This document shows, piece after piece, positions 46,596 through 55,957 of a stretch of 64,000 nucleotides of DNA. Origin of the DNA: Desulfobacterales bacterium (lineage in GTDB: Bacteria > Desulfobacterota > Desulfobacteria > Desulfobacterales > UBA5852); contig CAXXVS010000002.1 of the NCBI GenBank assembly GCA_963674755.2, positions 2,016,001 to 2,080,000 of the forward strand, in the 5' to 3' direction. How positions within the stretch are numbered: the first letter of the stretch is position 1; each line of letters opens with the position of its first letter. Under the pieces are notes generated by a model. That model saw nothing but the letters and a program-made list of their open reading frames with translations. It ran no database searches and was not told the DNA's origin. The position numbers and the translations under genes are program-made.

Positions 46596-47837
46596 TCACA
46601 GCGCCGCCAGGACCGCATCGGCCCACTGGATGGCGTCCAGATAGGTGGTCATAACCGCGTGTTGGGTCAAGTTCAATCCTTGGAGGCGTGTGGTGTGATT
46701 GTCCCACTCCCCTTTCTCGTAGGAAATGGCTAATCCCAGCAGTTCCCCGAGTAAATTGCCACCCTTCAGCAGCGCTGTTTTGATGGTTTCGGATAACGGT
46801 AATTGTTCGAGAATAGTGACCATCGGAAGGTCCAGCAGGGCATCAACACTGGCAAATAGACCGGTCAAAAAGGCCTCTTCACCACCCAGCGCCTCTGCGG
46901 TCTGGTAACGGGTCATCAGCTCGCAGAACCGCGCCCGCATAAGCGATTGACGGAGTGATTCGGCCGGCTTGTCACTTGCCAGGTCGGAAATGATGATCAT
47001 CGTCACCAGTCGCCGGATGTCCCGGCATCCCAGGTAAGCCAGGGCGTGACGCAGGGAGGTAATGTTGCTAACCCTGCGGTAGAAGGCCGAGTTGACCATC
47101 TGCAGTAATTTGATGGTGAGCGAAACATCGCTCTTGATCAAACGTTCCAGATTTTGGATGTGGCATTCATCGCCATAAATCTCAGCGACAATACCCAGTA
47201 AAACAGCCTTATTGGGTCGGATATCCCTGCCGCTGACGACCTCCGGTTTGCTGAAGAAATAGCCTTGAAAGAGTGAAAACCCCATGGCCATGGCCTGCTC
47301 GAATTCCTCATAAGTCTCCACTTTCTCCGCCAACAAACGGGCCTGCGTGGGGCCCATTTGATCGAGCATCTGCGCGATGGCCTCAGGCGAGGCGGCCCTG
47401 AAATCGATTTTAATGAACCCGGCCAGTTCAACCAGGCGTCTGTAACGCTCCTCGAAAATAAAATCGTCCAGGGCCAGCGTAAATCCGTTCCGGATCAACC
47501 GGCGGCAAGCGTCCAGAATGTCGTCCGAAGGATCAATGTTCTCAAGGATCTCAACGATAATCTTGTCCTTCGGAAACAAAAGCGGAAGATCTTGAAGCAG
47601 CAGATTAGCGGTAAAATTGATAAAGGCGGGTTTCCCGTGCGTCAGGCTTTCGATGCCATAACTCAAAAGGCCTTTGTAAAGCACCTGGGCCGTAGCCAGA
47701 TCGCCGTCCACATCCGGGCAGAAATTGGCTTTGCTGTCACGGAACAGCAATTCATAACCGAAGAGTTGTTTCCGGCGGTTGAATATCGGCTGGCGCGCAA
47801 TGTGGCAATTGATAATGGTTTCCGTATCCACTTCCAA
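46596..47837 (-). CDS. EAL + HDOD domain protein (YuxH/PdeH-like)
   Basis: ARQPIF, YELLFR, VEILE, ALDDF, LAEKVET, QGYFFSKP, HDOD C-terminus. Confidence 0.9.
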   Translation of the reverse strand: MEVDTETIINCHIARQPIFNRRKQLFGYELLFRDSKANFCPDVDGDLATAQVLYKGLLSYGIESLTHGKPAFINFTANLLLQDLPLLFPKDKIIVEILENIDPSDDILDACRRLIRNGFTLALDDFIFEERYRRLVELAGFIKIDFRAASPEAIAQMLDQMGPTQARLLAEKVETYEEFEQAMAMGFSLFQGYFFSKPEVVSGRDIRPNKAVLLGIVAEIYGDECHIQNLERLIKSDVSLTIKLLQMVNSAFYRRVSNITSLRHALAYLGCRDIRRLVTMIIISDLASDKPAESLRQSLMRARFCELMTRYQTAEALGGEEAFLTGLFASVDALLDLPMVTILEQLPLSETIKTALLKGGNLLGELLGLAISYEKGEWDNHTTRLQGLNLTQHAVMTTYLDAIQWADAVLAAL

Positions 47838-47864
47838 CTGCCCTTTCGAATGGCGACTTCCTGC

Positions 47865-48323
47865 TTACGGGCCCTCTTTCAGCGCCACGTCGATGTGCAG
47901 GGGGCCTGTCTCCGTCTTGCAGGGGATCTGGATCACCGGTGTTGCCGCAGGATAGGGAACCCTCTCCCTGCCGAGCACCACCCGGGGCACCGAAATGGCG
48001 CCGGCGCCGCCGGGGAAATCCGTCTTGGCATTACCCGCAATCATGTTGGCGATTTCGCCCACGGCATCCATGACATCCTCATCGAGCTCTTGAATGGGAT
48101 CACCCAACAAGGCTGATGCCAGCTGTGCCGCGACCGTTTCCGGCATGCTCACCACGACACGGCCGTTGACCTCACCGGTCACATCGATGATGCCGCAGAC
48201 ATCGTGCTGGGGCTTGGCCTCCCGGTTCAGCCCCGGCTGTCCGATGCTGAGCGGCAGGTCCATCATGGTCTTGAACAAACGGCGCACCGCATCGATAAAG
48301 GGATTGATATAGGCCGCTTTCAT
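47865..48323 (-). CDS. cheX: CheY-P phosphatase CheX
   Basis: YINPFI, DAVGEIANMIAGNAK. Confidence 0.9.
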   Translation of the reverse strand: MKAAYINPFIDAVRRLFKTMMDLPLSIGQPGLNREAKPQHDVCGIIDVTGEVNGRVVVSMPETVAAQLASALLGDPIQELDEDVMDAVGEIANMIAGNAKTDFPGGAGAISVPRVVLGRERVPYPAATPVIQIPCKTETGPLHIDVALKEGP

Positions 48324-49210
48324 AGGGCACCGATATACAGATTCTCGTGCCGCACCGGATTTTTGGCTGTAATTGTGACGGAATCGAAGAGTGCCCGGCG
48401 CTGATCCTCCTTAATGGTTTCGAATTCCACACCGATCCCGGGAATGATCAGGGCTTCGCCCCAATTGTGCTTGTGGCGGACAATGCCGCTGATGGGCGTC
48501 TTGTCGTAAAGATCCATGATGCGCATCCATACCCGCGCCCCGAGTTGAAATCGTGCCGCGGAAAACAGAAAGCACCCGCTCAGGGACACGTCCATGGTCA
48601 CCGTACGGATCAGGGTCTGGGGATCGAAGTGTCGTTTGGTTGACAGCAATACATTGTAATGCAAGGGCTTGCGCTCTTCCGAGCGCAATTTGCGGGCCGG
48701 TGCGTGCCAGCAGTTTTGGCGAATCAGGTCTTCCAGGCCGCCGGATCGTTCGTGTTGACCATGGAGCAGCGCCCGAATACGACGCGTTTGCGGATCGAAA
48801 TTGACCTGAATCACTGGAAAGCGGCCCAGAATACTGTATACGAGATCTTTATGATCGCTCAGGGCCTTGATTTTGGTGGGGATATCGATGACGATCCCGT
48901 TATAGGCAAAATGTGTCACAGCGCCGTAAAAGGTATCGACGGCGGCCACCGTATCCACCTGGACGCCGCATCGTTGCAGGGCGGTCTCGTAAAGGGTGCA
49001 GGCATCGCCCGGCTGGGCCACCAGCAGAATACGGGGGGGCAATCGTGCTTCTTCGGCCGCCAGGGTTTCAGAATACGTCGGCAGTATTTCGGCGCATGGG
49101 GTGGCAGCTTCTGTGGGGCAAACGTCGATGTCGCGCAATGGGTTACCTCGTTCTGGATCATTCCAGGCCCGCCGATCCCGGGAACGCATCCGGGCGGGGG
49201 CATCGGCCAC
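48320..49210 (-). CDS. Degenerate REC-like + PilZ domain protein (start uncertain)
   Basis: RSEERKP and DVSLSGCF PilZ motifs; GIGVEF. Confidence 0.75.
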   Translation of the reverse strand: MADAPARMRSRDRRAWNDPERGNPLRDIDVCPTEAATPCAEILPTYSETLAAEEARLPPRILLVAQPGDACTLYETALQRCGVQVDTVAAVDTFYGAVTHFAYNGIVIDIPTKIKALSDHKDLVYSILGRFPVIQVNFDPQTRRIRALLHGQHERSGGLEDLIRQNCWHAPARKLRSEERKPLHYNVLLSTKRHFDPQTLIRTVTMDVSLSGCFLFSAARFQLGARVWMRIMDLYDKTPISGIVRHKHNWGEALIIPGIGVEFETIKEDQRRALFDSVTITAKNPVRHENLYIGAL

Positions 49211-49353
49211 GATGCCGAACTGACCCCGTTATCGGCCAAAGACTGCCCTGACTTGAACCCTTGCCCATATTTTTATTTTGAATATGTAACATTTTGGCTT
49301 GACGTCGCTCATAAGGGTCGTAAACAATTAGCCCAAAGGAAAGGATGACCTCT

Positions 49354-49716
49354 ATGCAAGCGAACATCACCGAAATCACCGATCAGAATTTCACCCAGAC
49401 CGTCCTTGAAGCGTCGCAACCGGTCTTGGTAGATTTCTGGGCGCCCTGGTGCGGCCCCTGCAAGGCCATCGGTCCTACCGTCGACGCCCTGGCGGCCGAC
49501 TACGAAGGCCAAATCACGGTGGGCAAGTGCAACGTCGACGACAACGCGGAAATCCCGGCGCAATACGGTATTCGTTCCGTCCCGACAGTGGTAGTGTTTC
49601 GTGAGGGCCGGGTATTCGAGCAAGTCACCGGCATGGTGAATCGGGGTAAACTGGAAGGTATGATCCGGAATGCCATCGACGGCCAGGCCGCCACTTCGCC
49701 TTTCGTGGTTCATTAG
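49354..49716 (+). CDS. trxA: Thioredoxin
   Basis: VDFWAPWCGPCK; YGIRSVPT. Confidence 0.96.
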   Translation: MQANITEITDQNFTQTVLEASQPVLVDFWAPWCGPCKAIGPTVDALAADYEGQITVGKCNVDDNAEIPAQYGIRSVPTVVVFREGRVFEQVTGMVNRGKLEGMIRNAIDGQAATSPFVVH

Positions 49717-49731
49717 CGGCAGCGAGGCGCT

Positions 49732-49950
49732 ATGAAGACATCGACAAATCCTGAAAAGGACACGGAAACGGCCGGTGAAACCGAGAAAACGGGCACGGTC
49801 AGCTATCTCTGCATGAAATACAACCGCCATCTGCAGGGGGACAATCCGACCTGCCAGGACCCGAAACTGTACTGCAAGTTCAGGCCCCAATGCATGATTC
49901 ACTATATGGAGAAGCGCAAGCGGCGCAAATTGGACGGCTCGGAAGACTAA
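49732..49950 (+). CDS. Small Cys-rich hypothetical protein
   Basis: GAGG RBS; C-x13-C-x6-C-x5-C pattern; directly downstream of trxA. Confidence 0.6.
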   Translation: MKTSTNPEKDTETAGETEKTGTVSYLCMKYNRHLQGDNPTCQDPKLYCKFRPQCMIHYMEKRKRRKLDGSED

Positions 49951-49985
49951 CCGTCGTGGGGAGAAGCGCCAGGGCGGCCGAAAAA

Positions 49986-50870
49986 CTAGACCCGGGCGGC
50001 ACCAAACAGCTCCCGGGCCTGGTATGAGCTGCGCACCAGCGGCCCGCTGGCGGCTTGCTGAAATCCCATTTGCAGGGCGACATCACGCCAGTGGTCGAAT
50101 TCCTCCGGCGGAACATAGCGCTGCACCGGGAGATGATCGGGGCTGGGCTGCAAATACTGGCCCAGGGTGACCATGCGGCAATCCACCGCCCGCAGATCCT
50201 CCAGCGTGCCCCTGACTTCCGGCTCGGTTTCCCCCAGGCCCAGCATCAAGCCGGACTTGGTCATCATACGGGGGGCGATATCCCGCACCCCTTGGAGCAA
50301 ATTCAGCGAGCGCCGGTAGTCCGCCTCGGGTCGAACCCGCCTGTACAGTCTGGGAACCGTTTCCAGGTTATGGTTGAGCACGTCCGGACCGGCGGCGACG
50401 ACCGTGGCGATGGCCGCCGGCTGGCCCTGCAAGTCCGGTATCAGCACTTCCACGCGCACCTCGGGAATCGCCTCCCGCAGCGCCCGGATCGTATCCGCAA
50501 ACAAGCCGGCCCCCCCGTCGGGCAGGTCATCGCGGGTCACCGAGGTCACCACCACATAAGACAGTCCCATGTCGCGCGCCAGACGGGCGACCCGCTGGGG
50601 TTCCTCCGGATCGGGCGGTCCCAGGGGGCCGTGTCCCACGGCACAGAATCCGCAGTTGCGCGTGCAGCGCGACCCCAGAATCAAAAAGGTCGCGGTCTGA
50701 TGCGAAAAGCACTCCCACTGGTTAGGGCATTTGGCTTCCTGGCAGACCGTATGCAGGCCTTGGGCTTCCAAGCCCTGGCATACGGTGCCGTAGATGGGGC
50801 CGGAAGGAAGGCGCCGTTTCAACCAGGACGGCTTGCGCAGGGGCGCTTTGGAATCGGGCATGCGCGGCAA
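49986..50870 (-). CDS. lipA: Lipoyl synthase
   Basis: VCQEAKCPNQWEC, CTRNCGFC, NHNLETV, LGQYLQP, LVRSSY. Confidence 0.96.
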   Translation of the reverse strand: MPRMPDSKAPLRKPSWLKRRLPSGPIYGTVCQGLEAQGLHTVCQEAKCPNQWECFSHQTATFLILGSRCTRNCGFCAVGHGPLGPPDPEEPQRVARLARDMGLSYVVVTSVTRDDLPDGGAGLFADTIRALREAIPEVRVEVLIPDLQGQPAAIATVVAAGPDVLNHNLETVPRLYRRVRPEADYRRSLNLLQGVRDIAPRMMTKSGLMLGLGETEPEVRGTLEDLRAVDCRMVTLGQYLQPSPDHLPVQRYVPPEEFDHWRDVALQMGFQQAASGPLVRSSYQARELFGAARV

Positions 50871-51584
50871 TCAGACCTCCTTGTCGTCAGCGGCATCAAG
50901 GGCCGCATCGCCGAACAAGTCATCCACCTCGACGGGTCGCAGGGCCACGTCAAAAATCGCACGCACCTGCCGCCAAACGCTTTGCCGGAGGCGGTCCATG
51001 GGAATGTCATGCCCTGCCGCCCGGGCCAGGGAGGTCATGTGGACACCCGCCAGGCCGCAGGGATTGATCCATCCAAAGGGGGTTAAATCATTGTTGACGT
51101 TGAGGGCGAAGCCATGGAAGGTCATGCCGTGCCGCAGGCAAAGCCCGATGCTGCCCACCTTGGCGCCGTCCACCCAGACGCCCCGGTTGCGCGGATCCCG
51201 TTGGACGGCAACCCCCCATTCCCCGGCCACGGCGATCATCAGCTCTTCCAGGGCGGCCACATAATCGGCGACCCCCAGGTGGGCGCGCTGCAGGTCCAGG
51301 ACCGGATAGCCCACAATCTGACCCGGGCCATGGTAGGTGATGTTGCCGCCCCTTTCGGAGGACCTGACGCTCACCCCGGCCTCATGCAGGAAGGCATCGG
51401 AAACCATCAGGTTTTCCCGGCCCCCGTTGCGCCCCAGGGTAAAGACCGGGGGATGTTCGAGCAACAGCATCAGGTCCTTCGGCAGCCGGCCGGCGTGTTT
51501 GGCCGCCACGCAGCGCTCTTGCAGGGCTTGCGCCCGGCCATAGTCTGTTTGGGGGAGATCGATGGCCAGCCATTCATCCTTCAT
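50871..51584 (-). CDS. lipB: Octanoyltransferase
   Basis: LEHPPVFTLG, RGGNITYHGPGQ, HGFALN, INPCG. Confidence 0.96.
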   Translation of the reverse strand: MKDEWLAIDLPQTDYGRAQALQERCVAAKHAGRLPKDLMLLLEHPPVFTLGRNGGRENLMVSDAFLHEAGVSVRSSERGGNITYHGPGQIVGYPVLDLQRAHLGVADYVAALEELMIAVAGEWGVAVQRDPRNRGVWVDGAKVGSIGLCLRHGMTFHGFALNVNNDLTPFGWINPCGLAGVHMTSLARAAGHDIPMDRLRQSVWRQVRAIFDVALRPVEVDDLFGDAALDAADDKEV

Positions 51585-51755
51585 GGGACTGAAATTCTCC
51601 GTACACGCATCGGCAGGGGAGCTGTCGCGTCAGGGCTGGTTGCCGGGCGCTTCCCATGGAATACAACCCTCCTGTTTTGACAGCCCCTTATCTTATGGAT
51701 ACCATTGGATCCCGTCTTAATCCAAACACCCCGTGAAGATAAAGGAGGAAATCCC

Positions 51756-52175
51756 ATGTTCCGGAAAATTCTGCTGGCCGTCGACGGTTCGGCGCACGGC
51801 GACAAGGCCGCCGATTGCGCCGCCGGCCTGGCCGCCGCCTTCCAGGCCGAACTGTTCGTAGTCCACGTCTATCCCCAGACATCCGATCTGTTGGCCTACG
51901 ATGATTTCGAACGTTTTGTGTCCCGGCGCAAATCCGCCGGCCAGAAGGTCCTCGACCGTGTCCGCCGACGATTGGAGGAGCGCGGGGTATCCCTCCAGGA
52001 AGACTTGCTGGAGGGGCCTGAGGCCGAGGCCATCCTGGCCTCGGCCGAAGCTCACAAGGCCGATCTGGTAGTCATGGGCACCCGCGGATTGGGGACCATT
52101 GAGGGGATGCTGTTCGGCAGCATCAGCCGCAAGGTTTCCCAGCATGCCCACTGCCCGGTCCTGTTGGCCCGCTGA
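51756..52175 (+). CDS. Universal stress protein
   Basis: ILLAVDGS; DLVVMGTRG...GSISRKV..AHCPVL. Confidence 0.92.
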   Translation: MFRKILLAVDGSAHGDKAADCAAGLAAAFQAELFVVHVYPQTSDLLAYDDFERFVSRRKSAGQKVLDRVRRRLEERGVSLQEDLLEGPEAEAILASAEAHKADLVVMGTRGLGTIEGMLFGSISRKVSQHAHCPVLLAR

Positions 52176-52268
52176 CAACGCGCAGTCCGCTTTTTTAAAA
52201 GCAATGTCCCATCAACGCGCTCCCTGTCAGGAAGCAAGGATATTCTCGGGGTTGGCGGCGCTAGGGCA

Positions 52269-53117
52269 TCAAGTCTTCGCCAGTTCACCTATCTTGCGGG
52301 CAATGGCTTCATAAGCCTGGGTGACGGGTGAATCCGGGTACTTATCCTGAAATGATTGGCCGGCATCCGCACAACTGACCACCTGGGGGTCAAAGGGGAC
52401 CCGCCCGAGGAACGGTATGGCCGCATCCTTGGATGTACGCTCACCGCCGCCGGACCCGAAGAGATCCACCTCTTTACCGCAATGCGGACAAATATAGCCG
52501 CTCATATTTTCCACCAGCCCGAAAATGTCCATCTTGACCGTGCGGCAGAAGCTGATGGATTTGCGCACGTCGGCCAGGGATATCTCCTGGGGGGTGGTCA
52601 CGATGACGGCCCGGGCATCCGAAATGGTCTGGGCCACGGTCAGGGGCTCATCGCCGGTGCCCGGCGGGGCGTCGATCAGCAGAAAGTCCAGTTCGCCCCA
52701 ATCAACGTCGGCGATGAACTGGCGAATGGCCGAATACTTGATGGGCCCCCGCCAGATGATGGCCTCGTCTTTGCTGGTGGACAGCGATTCGATGGAAACC
52801 ACTTTCAGGTTGTCATTGAAGCGGATGGGATCGAGCTTGTGGTTCGGGCTCAGGCCGATCATGCCCATCAGCCCCAGCACCCGGGGCACATCCGGTCCGT
52901 GGAGATCCACGTCCATCAGGCCGACCCGGTATCCCTGGCGGGCCAAGGCGACCGCGAGATTGACGGAGGTGCTCGTCTTCCCCACGCCGCCCTTGCCGCT
53001 CATGATCAGCAGCTTGTTTTTAATGCGGCTCAACGAATCCTTGAGGGCCACATCTTGTTCATCCTTGCTCGTCTGTTTCTTGTTGGCTTCATCGGGTGAA
53101 TTCATGATCTGCGCCAT
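52269..53117 (-). CDS. Mrp/NBP35 (ApbC) Fe-S carrier ATPase
   Basis: SGKGGVGKT, DVDLHGP, IWRGP, DAPPGTGD, ENMSGYICPHC. Confidence 0.94.
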   Translation of the reverse strand: MAQIMNSPDEANKKQTSKDEQDVALKDSLSRIKNKLLIMSGKGGVGKTSTSVNLAVALARQGYRVGLMDVDLHGPDVPRVLGLMGMIGLSPNHKLDPIRFNDNLKVVSIESLSTSKDEAIIWRGPIKYSAIRQFIADVDWGELDFLLIDAPPGTGDEPLTVAQTISDARAVIVTTPQEISLADVRKSISFCRTVKMDIFGLVENMSGYICPHCGKEVDLFGSGGGERTSKDAAIPFLGRVPFDPQVVSCADAGQSFQDKYPDSPVTQAYEAIARKIGELAKT

Positions 53118-53153
53118 GCGACATCTTCTCCTCTTGCAATATCGATCTTCGTT

Positions 53154-53297
53154 AGCGTCCGTGCATAAATGGCAGATTTTGGTTTCCGGCAAGGTCCGAG
53201 CACGTTTTCAACCGGAGAAATAGTAACCTATTTCGAGGATTGAAAACGTGCGAGAACGCAGCCAGGGACTGCAAGATGCCATTTATGGATGGGCACT
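53154..53297. repeat. Short, divergent member of the structured MITE-like repeat family (copy 4)
   Basis: Terminal IR AGCGTCCGTGCATAAATGGCA/TGCCATTTATGGATGGGCACT; shares GATTTTGGTT.C.GGCAAGG and GCCAGGG...AAGATGCCAT with the other copies; internal hairpin CACGTTTTCAA/TTGAAAACGTG. Confidence 0.75.
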
Positions 53298-53318
53298 CGT
53301 TAACCCGGTTGGGGCGTA

Positions 53319-53765
53319 TTACGCCTTGGAATTTCCTCTATGGCCAGCTTTATGTCCCTGGCTGACACGAAAAAGCTTGCGGCTGTTGCAGTGGGGGCAT
53401 TGATTCGGGCGGCCGGTGCCCAGTGCTTCACTCCAACGGCGATGACAGCCGTCGCATTCAAAAATGCGTTCCTTGGAGGTCATCTTGTAATTGCCGCCTT
53501 CGATATTGATGGCCTTGCCATTGATCAGGGCGTCGGCCACAACGCTGCGGGCCCGCTGCAGAATACGGCCGAAGGTGGCCCGAGAAACGCCCATCTGCTT
53601 GCCGCCGTCCTCATGGGACAAATCCAGCAGATCCGACAGGCGCAACGCTTCGCATTCGTCTACCGTGAGGCGCACTTCCTCCAGATCGACCATGGGAATG
53701 CCGCGCGGCTTGAAGTAGCTGACGTCTGGATTGTGGGCGACGATACGATCTTTTTGCGGGCGCAT
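53319..53765 (-). CDS. DUF134 family HTH protein with a C-terminal Zn-ribbon
   Basis: YFKPRGIP, EALRLSD, MGVSRATFGRIL, ALINGKAI.IEGG; CDGC..CPHC. Confidence 0.9.
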   Translation of the reverse strand: MRPQKDRIVAHNPDVSYFKPRGIPMVDLEEVRLTVDECEALRLSDLLDLSHEDGGKQMGVSRATFGRILQRARSVVADALINGKAINIEGGNYKMTSKERIFECDGCHRRWSEALGTGRPNQCPHCNSRKLFRVSQGHKAGHRGNSKA

Positions 53766-53797
53766 AGGCAGCCTCCATAATGGGAATTTGCTCATAA

Positions 53798-53825
53798 AGT
53801 ATACAGCCGCCGGCCGACTTGTCAA
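53798..53825 (-). promoter_or_regulatory. sigma70 promoter of the DUF134 gene
   Basis: Minus strand TTGACA-N16-TATACT. Confidence 0.65.
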
Positions 53826-54012
53826 GCCGCGGCGATGGTGCGTTGCGGTGTCCGCACAATACACATTCTCTGAGTGATATCAAGAGAAAAACGATTGGCG
53901 TTGTTCCTACGGCCGCTGGGAAAGCCGTATTTCCGGCCCACCGGCGGGATGCGGCATGGGCTGTGCGTAAGGCTTGGTTTGCGAACCAACCCTTCGGTCA
54001 TCATCATCGGCG

Positions 54013-55245
54013 CTAGCATCCCAAGGATGCGCACCCTGTCAGCCAGCGGACCGCCTCCTGGACTCCGTTGCGCTGCTGCAACGGTGTGGACAGCGCACGG
54101 GCGTTACGGCCCAGGCGCGGTGAGGACGCGATGCGCCCCATAGCGTGGGCTAGCCGTCCGGCTTGCAGCCGATTTTTGGGCAGCGGACGCGGCCCGAGGC
54201 CCTTTTCCAGGATGCGCTGCCCCCAATAATACTGGTCGAGCAAATGCGGCACGATGACTTGGGGGATGCCGGCCCGAGCCGCCGCCAGGGTCGTTCCGGC
54301 ACCGCCGTGGTGCACGGCGCCGGCCAGACGGGGGAACAACCGGTCATGGGGCAGGTCCTCCGTAGCACACAAGCAGGTGTCATCGCTTGCGAAACGCCAT
54401 CCGGCCCATCCGCTTTGAATCACGGTCCGCAAACCGGCCCGGCGGGCAGCTTGTCTCAGAATGGACAGAGTCCGGCGGGGCTGGGGATCGCCCATACTGC
54501 CGAATCCGACATAAAGCGGACGCGGCCCTTTATCCAGAAAACGCTCCAGCGCCACCGGCAGGGGCGTGCGCGATGGGGCATGCCAATAGCCGGTTTGGTG
54601 GCAATCGGACGGTGCCTCGGGGGGCAAAGGGGCCAGCTCGCGGTCGGCCGCCACCACCATGTTGGCCGTCAAATGCGACATAACCCGTTTCAGGGGACGC
54701 AGCCCCAGGCGACGGCGGTAGCGGTTGATCAGGGATCGGTAGCCCAGATCGAGCAGGATGCCGGCCCATTGCCAGAGCATCAGGTTGCAAAAAGGCGGTA
54801 GACGCTGCCACGGTACCGTGGGCGGCGCATGGCGGCGGGAAGGCAGCAGAACCGGCAGGCTGACGGCGTAGTGATACGGAACGCCGCAGGCCTCGGCCAG
54901 TGAAGGCACGGCCAGGGCCAGACCGGAACAGAGCACCCGATCGGCGGCCGCGACTTCGGCGGGTAACTGCTGGAATTGGAATTCCAGTTCCCGTCGGAGA
55001 AGCCGGGTCATGGGTGCGGCGGCGGCCAGCGGCCGGCCGACAATCCGGCCCGCCAAGGCCGCCATCATCTGACGGACGTCACTCCCCAAAGGCGCATAGG
55101 AAAGGCCGACGTCCGTAAAAAGATGTCCACTGTCCGGCGGCGCGCAGACCCGGACGTGCTGCCCGCGCTTGCGCAGGGCCAGTCCGAGGGCCAACAGGGG
55201 CCGGACGTCTCCCGTGGAGCCGTATGTGACGAGCAGGATTTTCAT
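54013..55245 (-). CDS. GT1/GT28-like glycosyltransferase
   Basis: GSTGDVRP, YVGFGSM, VHHGGAGT, PHLLDQYYWG. Confidence 0.9.
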   Translation of the reverse strand: MKILLVTYGSTGDVRPLLALGLALRKRGQHVRVCAPPDSGHLFTDVGLSYAPLGSDVRQMMAALAGRIVGRPLAAAAPMTRLLRRELEFQFQQLPAEVAAADRVLCSGLALAVPSLAEACGVPYHYAVSLPVLLPSRRHAPPTVPWQRLPPFCNLMLWQWAGILLDLGYRSLINRYRRRLGLRPLKRVMSHLTANMVVAADRELAPLPPEAPSDCHQTGYWHAPSRTPLPVALERFLDKGPRPLYVGFGSMGDPQPRRTLSILRQAARRAGLRTVIQSGWAGWRFASDDTCLCATEDLPHDRLFPRLAGAVHHGGAGTTLAAARAGIPQVIVPHLLDQYYWGQRILEKGLGPRPLPKNRLQAGRLAHAMGRIASSPRLGRNARALSTPLQQRNGVQEAVRWLTGCASLGC

Positions 55246-55301
55246 CTGGCGGCCTCAGCTCTTAAAATCTATCGGCTCAATGGGTTTCGCAGAAAAAAAC
55301 C

Positions 55302-55540
55302 AAGTGTCCGTCCAGCGGTGGTAGATTTTGGTTCCTGGTCCCGCCGCACAGCGCGGGATTTCACGCCGGATCTGTAACACATCGGTGTTCAACAAAGCGC
55401 AACCGACGGGCGTCCACAGGCGTAGCCCGGCTAGGCCGAGGACCGACAGAAGGCGGGAACACCGGCTTGTCCGCCAAAGGTGGATTGGTTTACCGGCGAC
55501 GGGCCAGGGGCCAAAAGATGCCATCTCGGGACGGACACTT
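55302..55540. repeat. Structured MITE-like repeat, copy 3, with an alternative internal segment
   Basis: Perfect 12-bp IR AAGTGTCCGTCC/GGACGGACACTT; 3' half nearly identical to copies 1 and 2. Confidence 0.88.
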
Positions 55541-55946
55541 AGCCCCGAGCCGCACGGGTGTTGATCAGGGTCAACTGATCGTTCAGGGTCCAGTAGTCGT
55601 AGATGACACCAATCAACCCCAGCCCCCCCGTAAAAAAATAGAGGATTCCACTGAGCCATTTCCCCATATAAAAGCGATGAACGCCAAAAATCCCCAGAAA
55701 CGTCAAGAAAGCCCAGGCCACATTGTAGTCCAGGGGACCGGCTGCAAACCGGAAATCGGCCCGTTCGTCCATACCGGGGATCAGAAAGAGGTCCACGATC
55801 CATCCCACGAACAGCAGCCCCAGCGTAAAAAAATAGATCGTCCCGCTGATCGGTTTGCCGTAGTAAAAGCGGTGAGCCCCCATGAAACCGAAAATCCATA
55901 GTACATAACCGATGGTTTTGCTGTGTGTGTCTGCTTGCGATGTCAT
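55539..55946 (-). CDS. TM2-domain (NINE) membrane protein
   Basis: Two G.HRFY.GK motifs. Confidence 0.88.
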   Translation of the reverse strand: MTSQADTHSKTIGYVLWIFGFMGAHRFYYGKPISGTIYFFTLGLLFVGWIVDLFLIPGMDERADFRFAAGPLDYNVAWAFLTFLGIFGVHRFYMGKWLSGILYFFTGGLGLIGVIYDYWTLNDQLTLINTRAARG

Positions 55947-55957
55947 CGATGTTCCTT

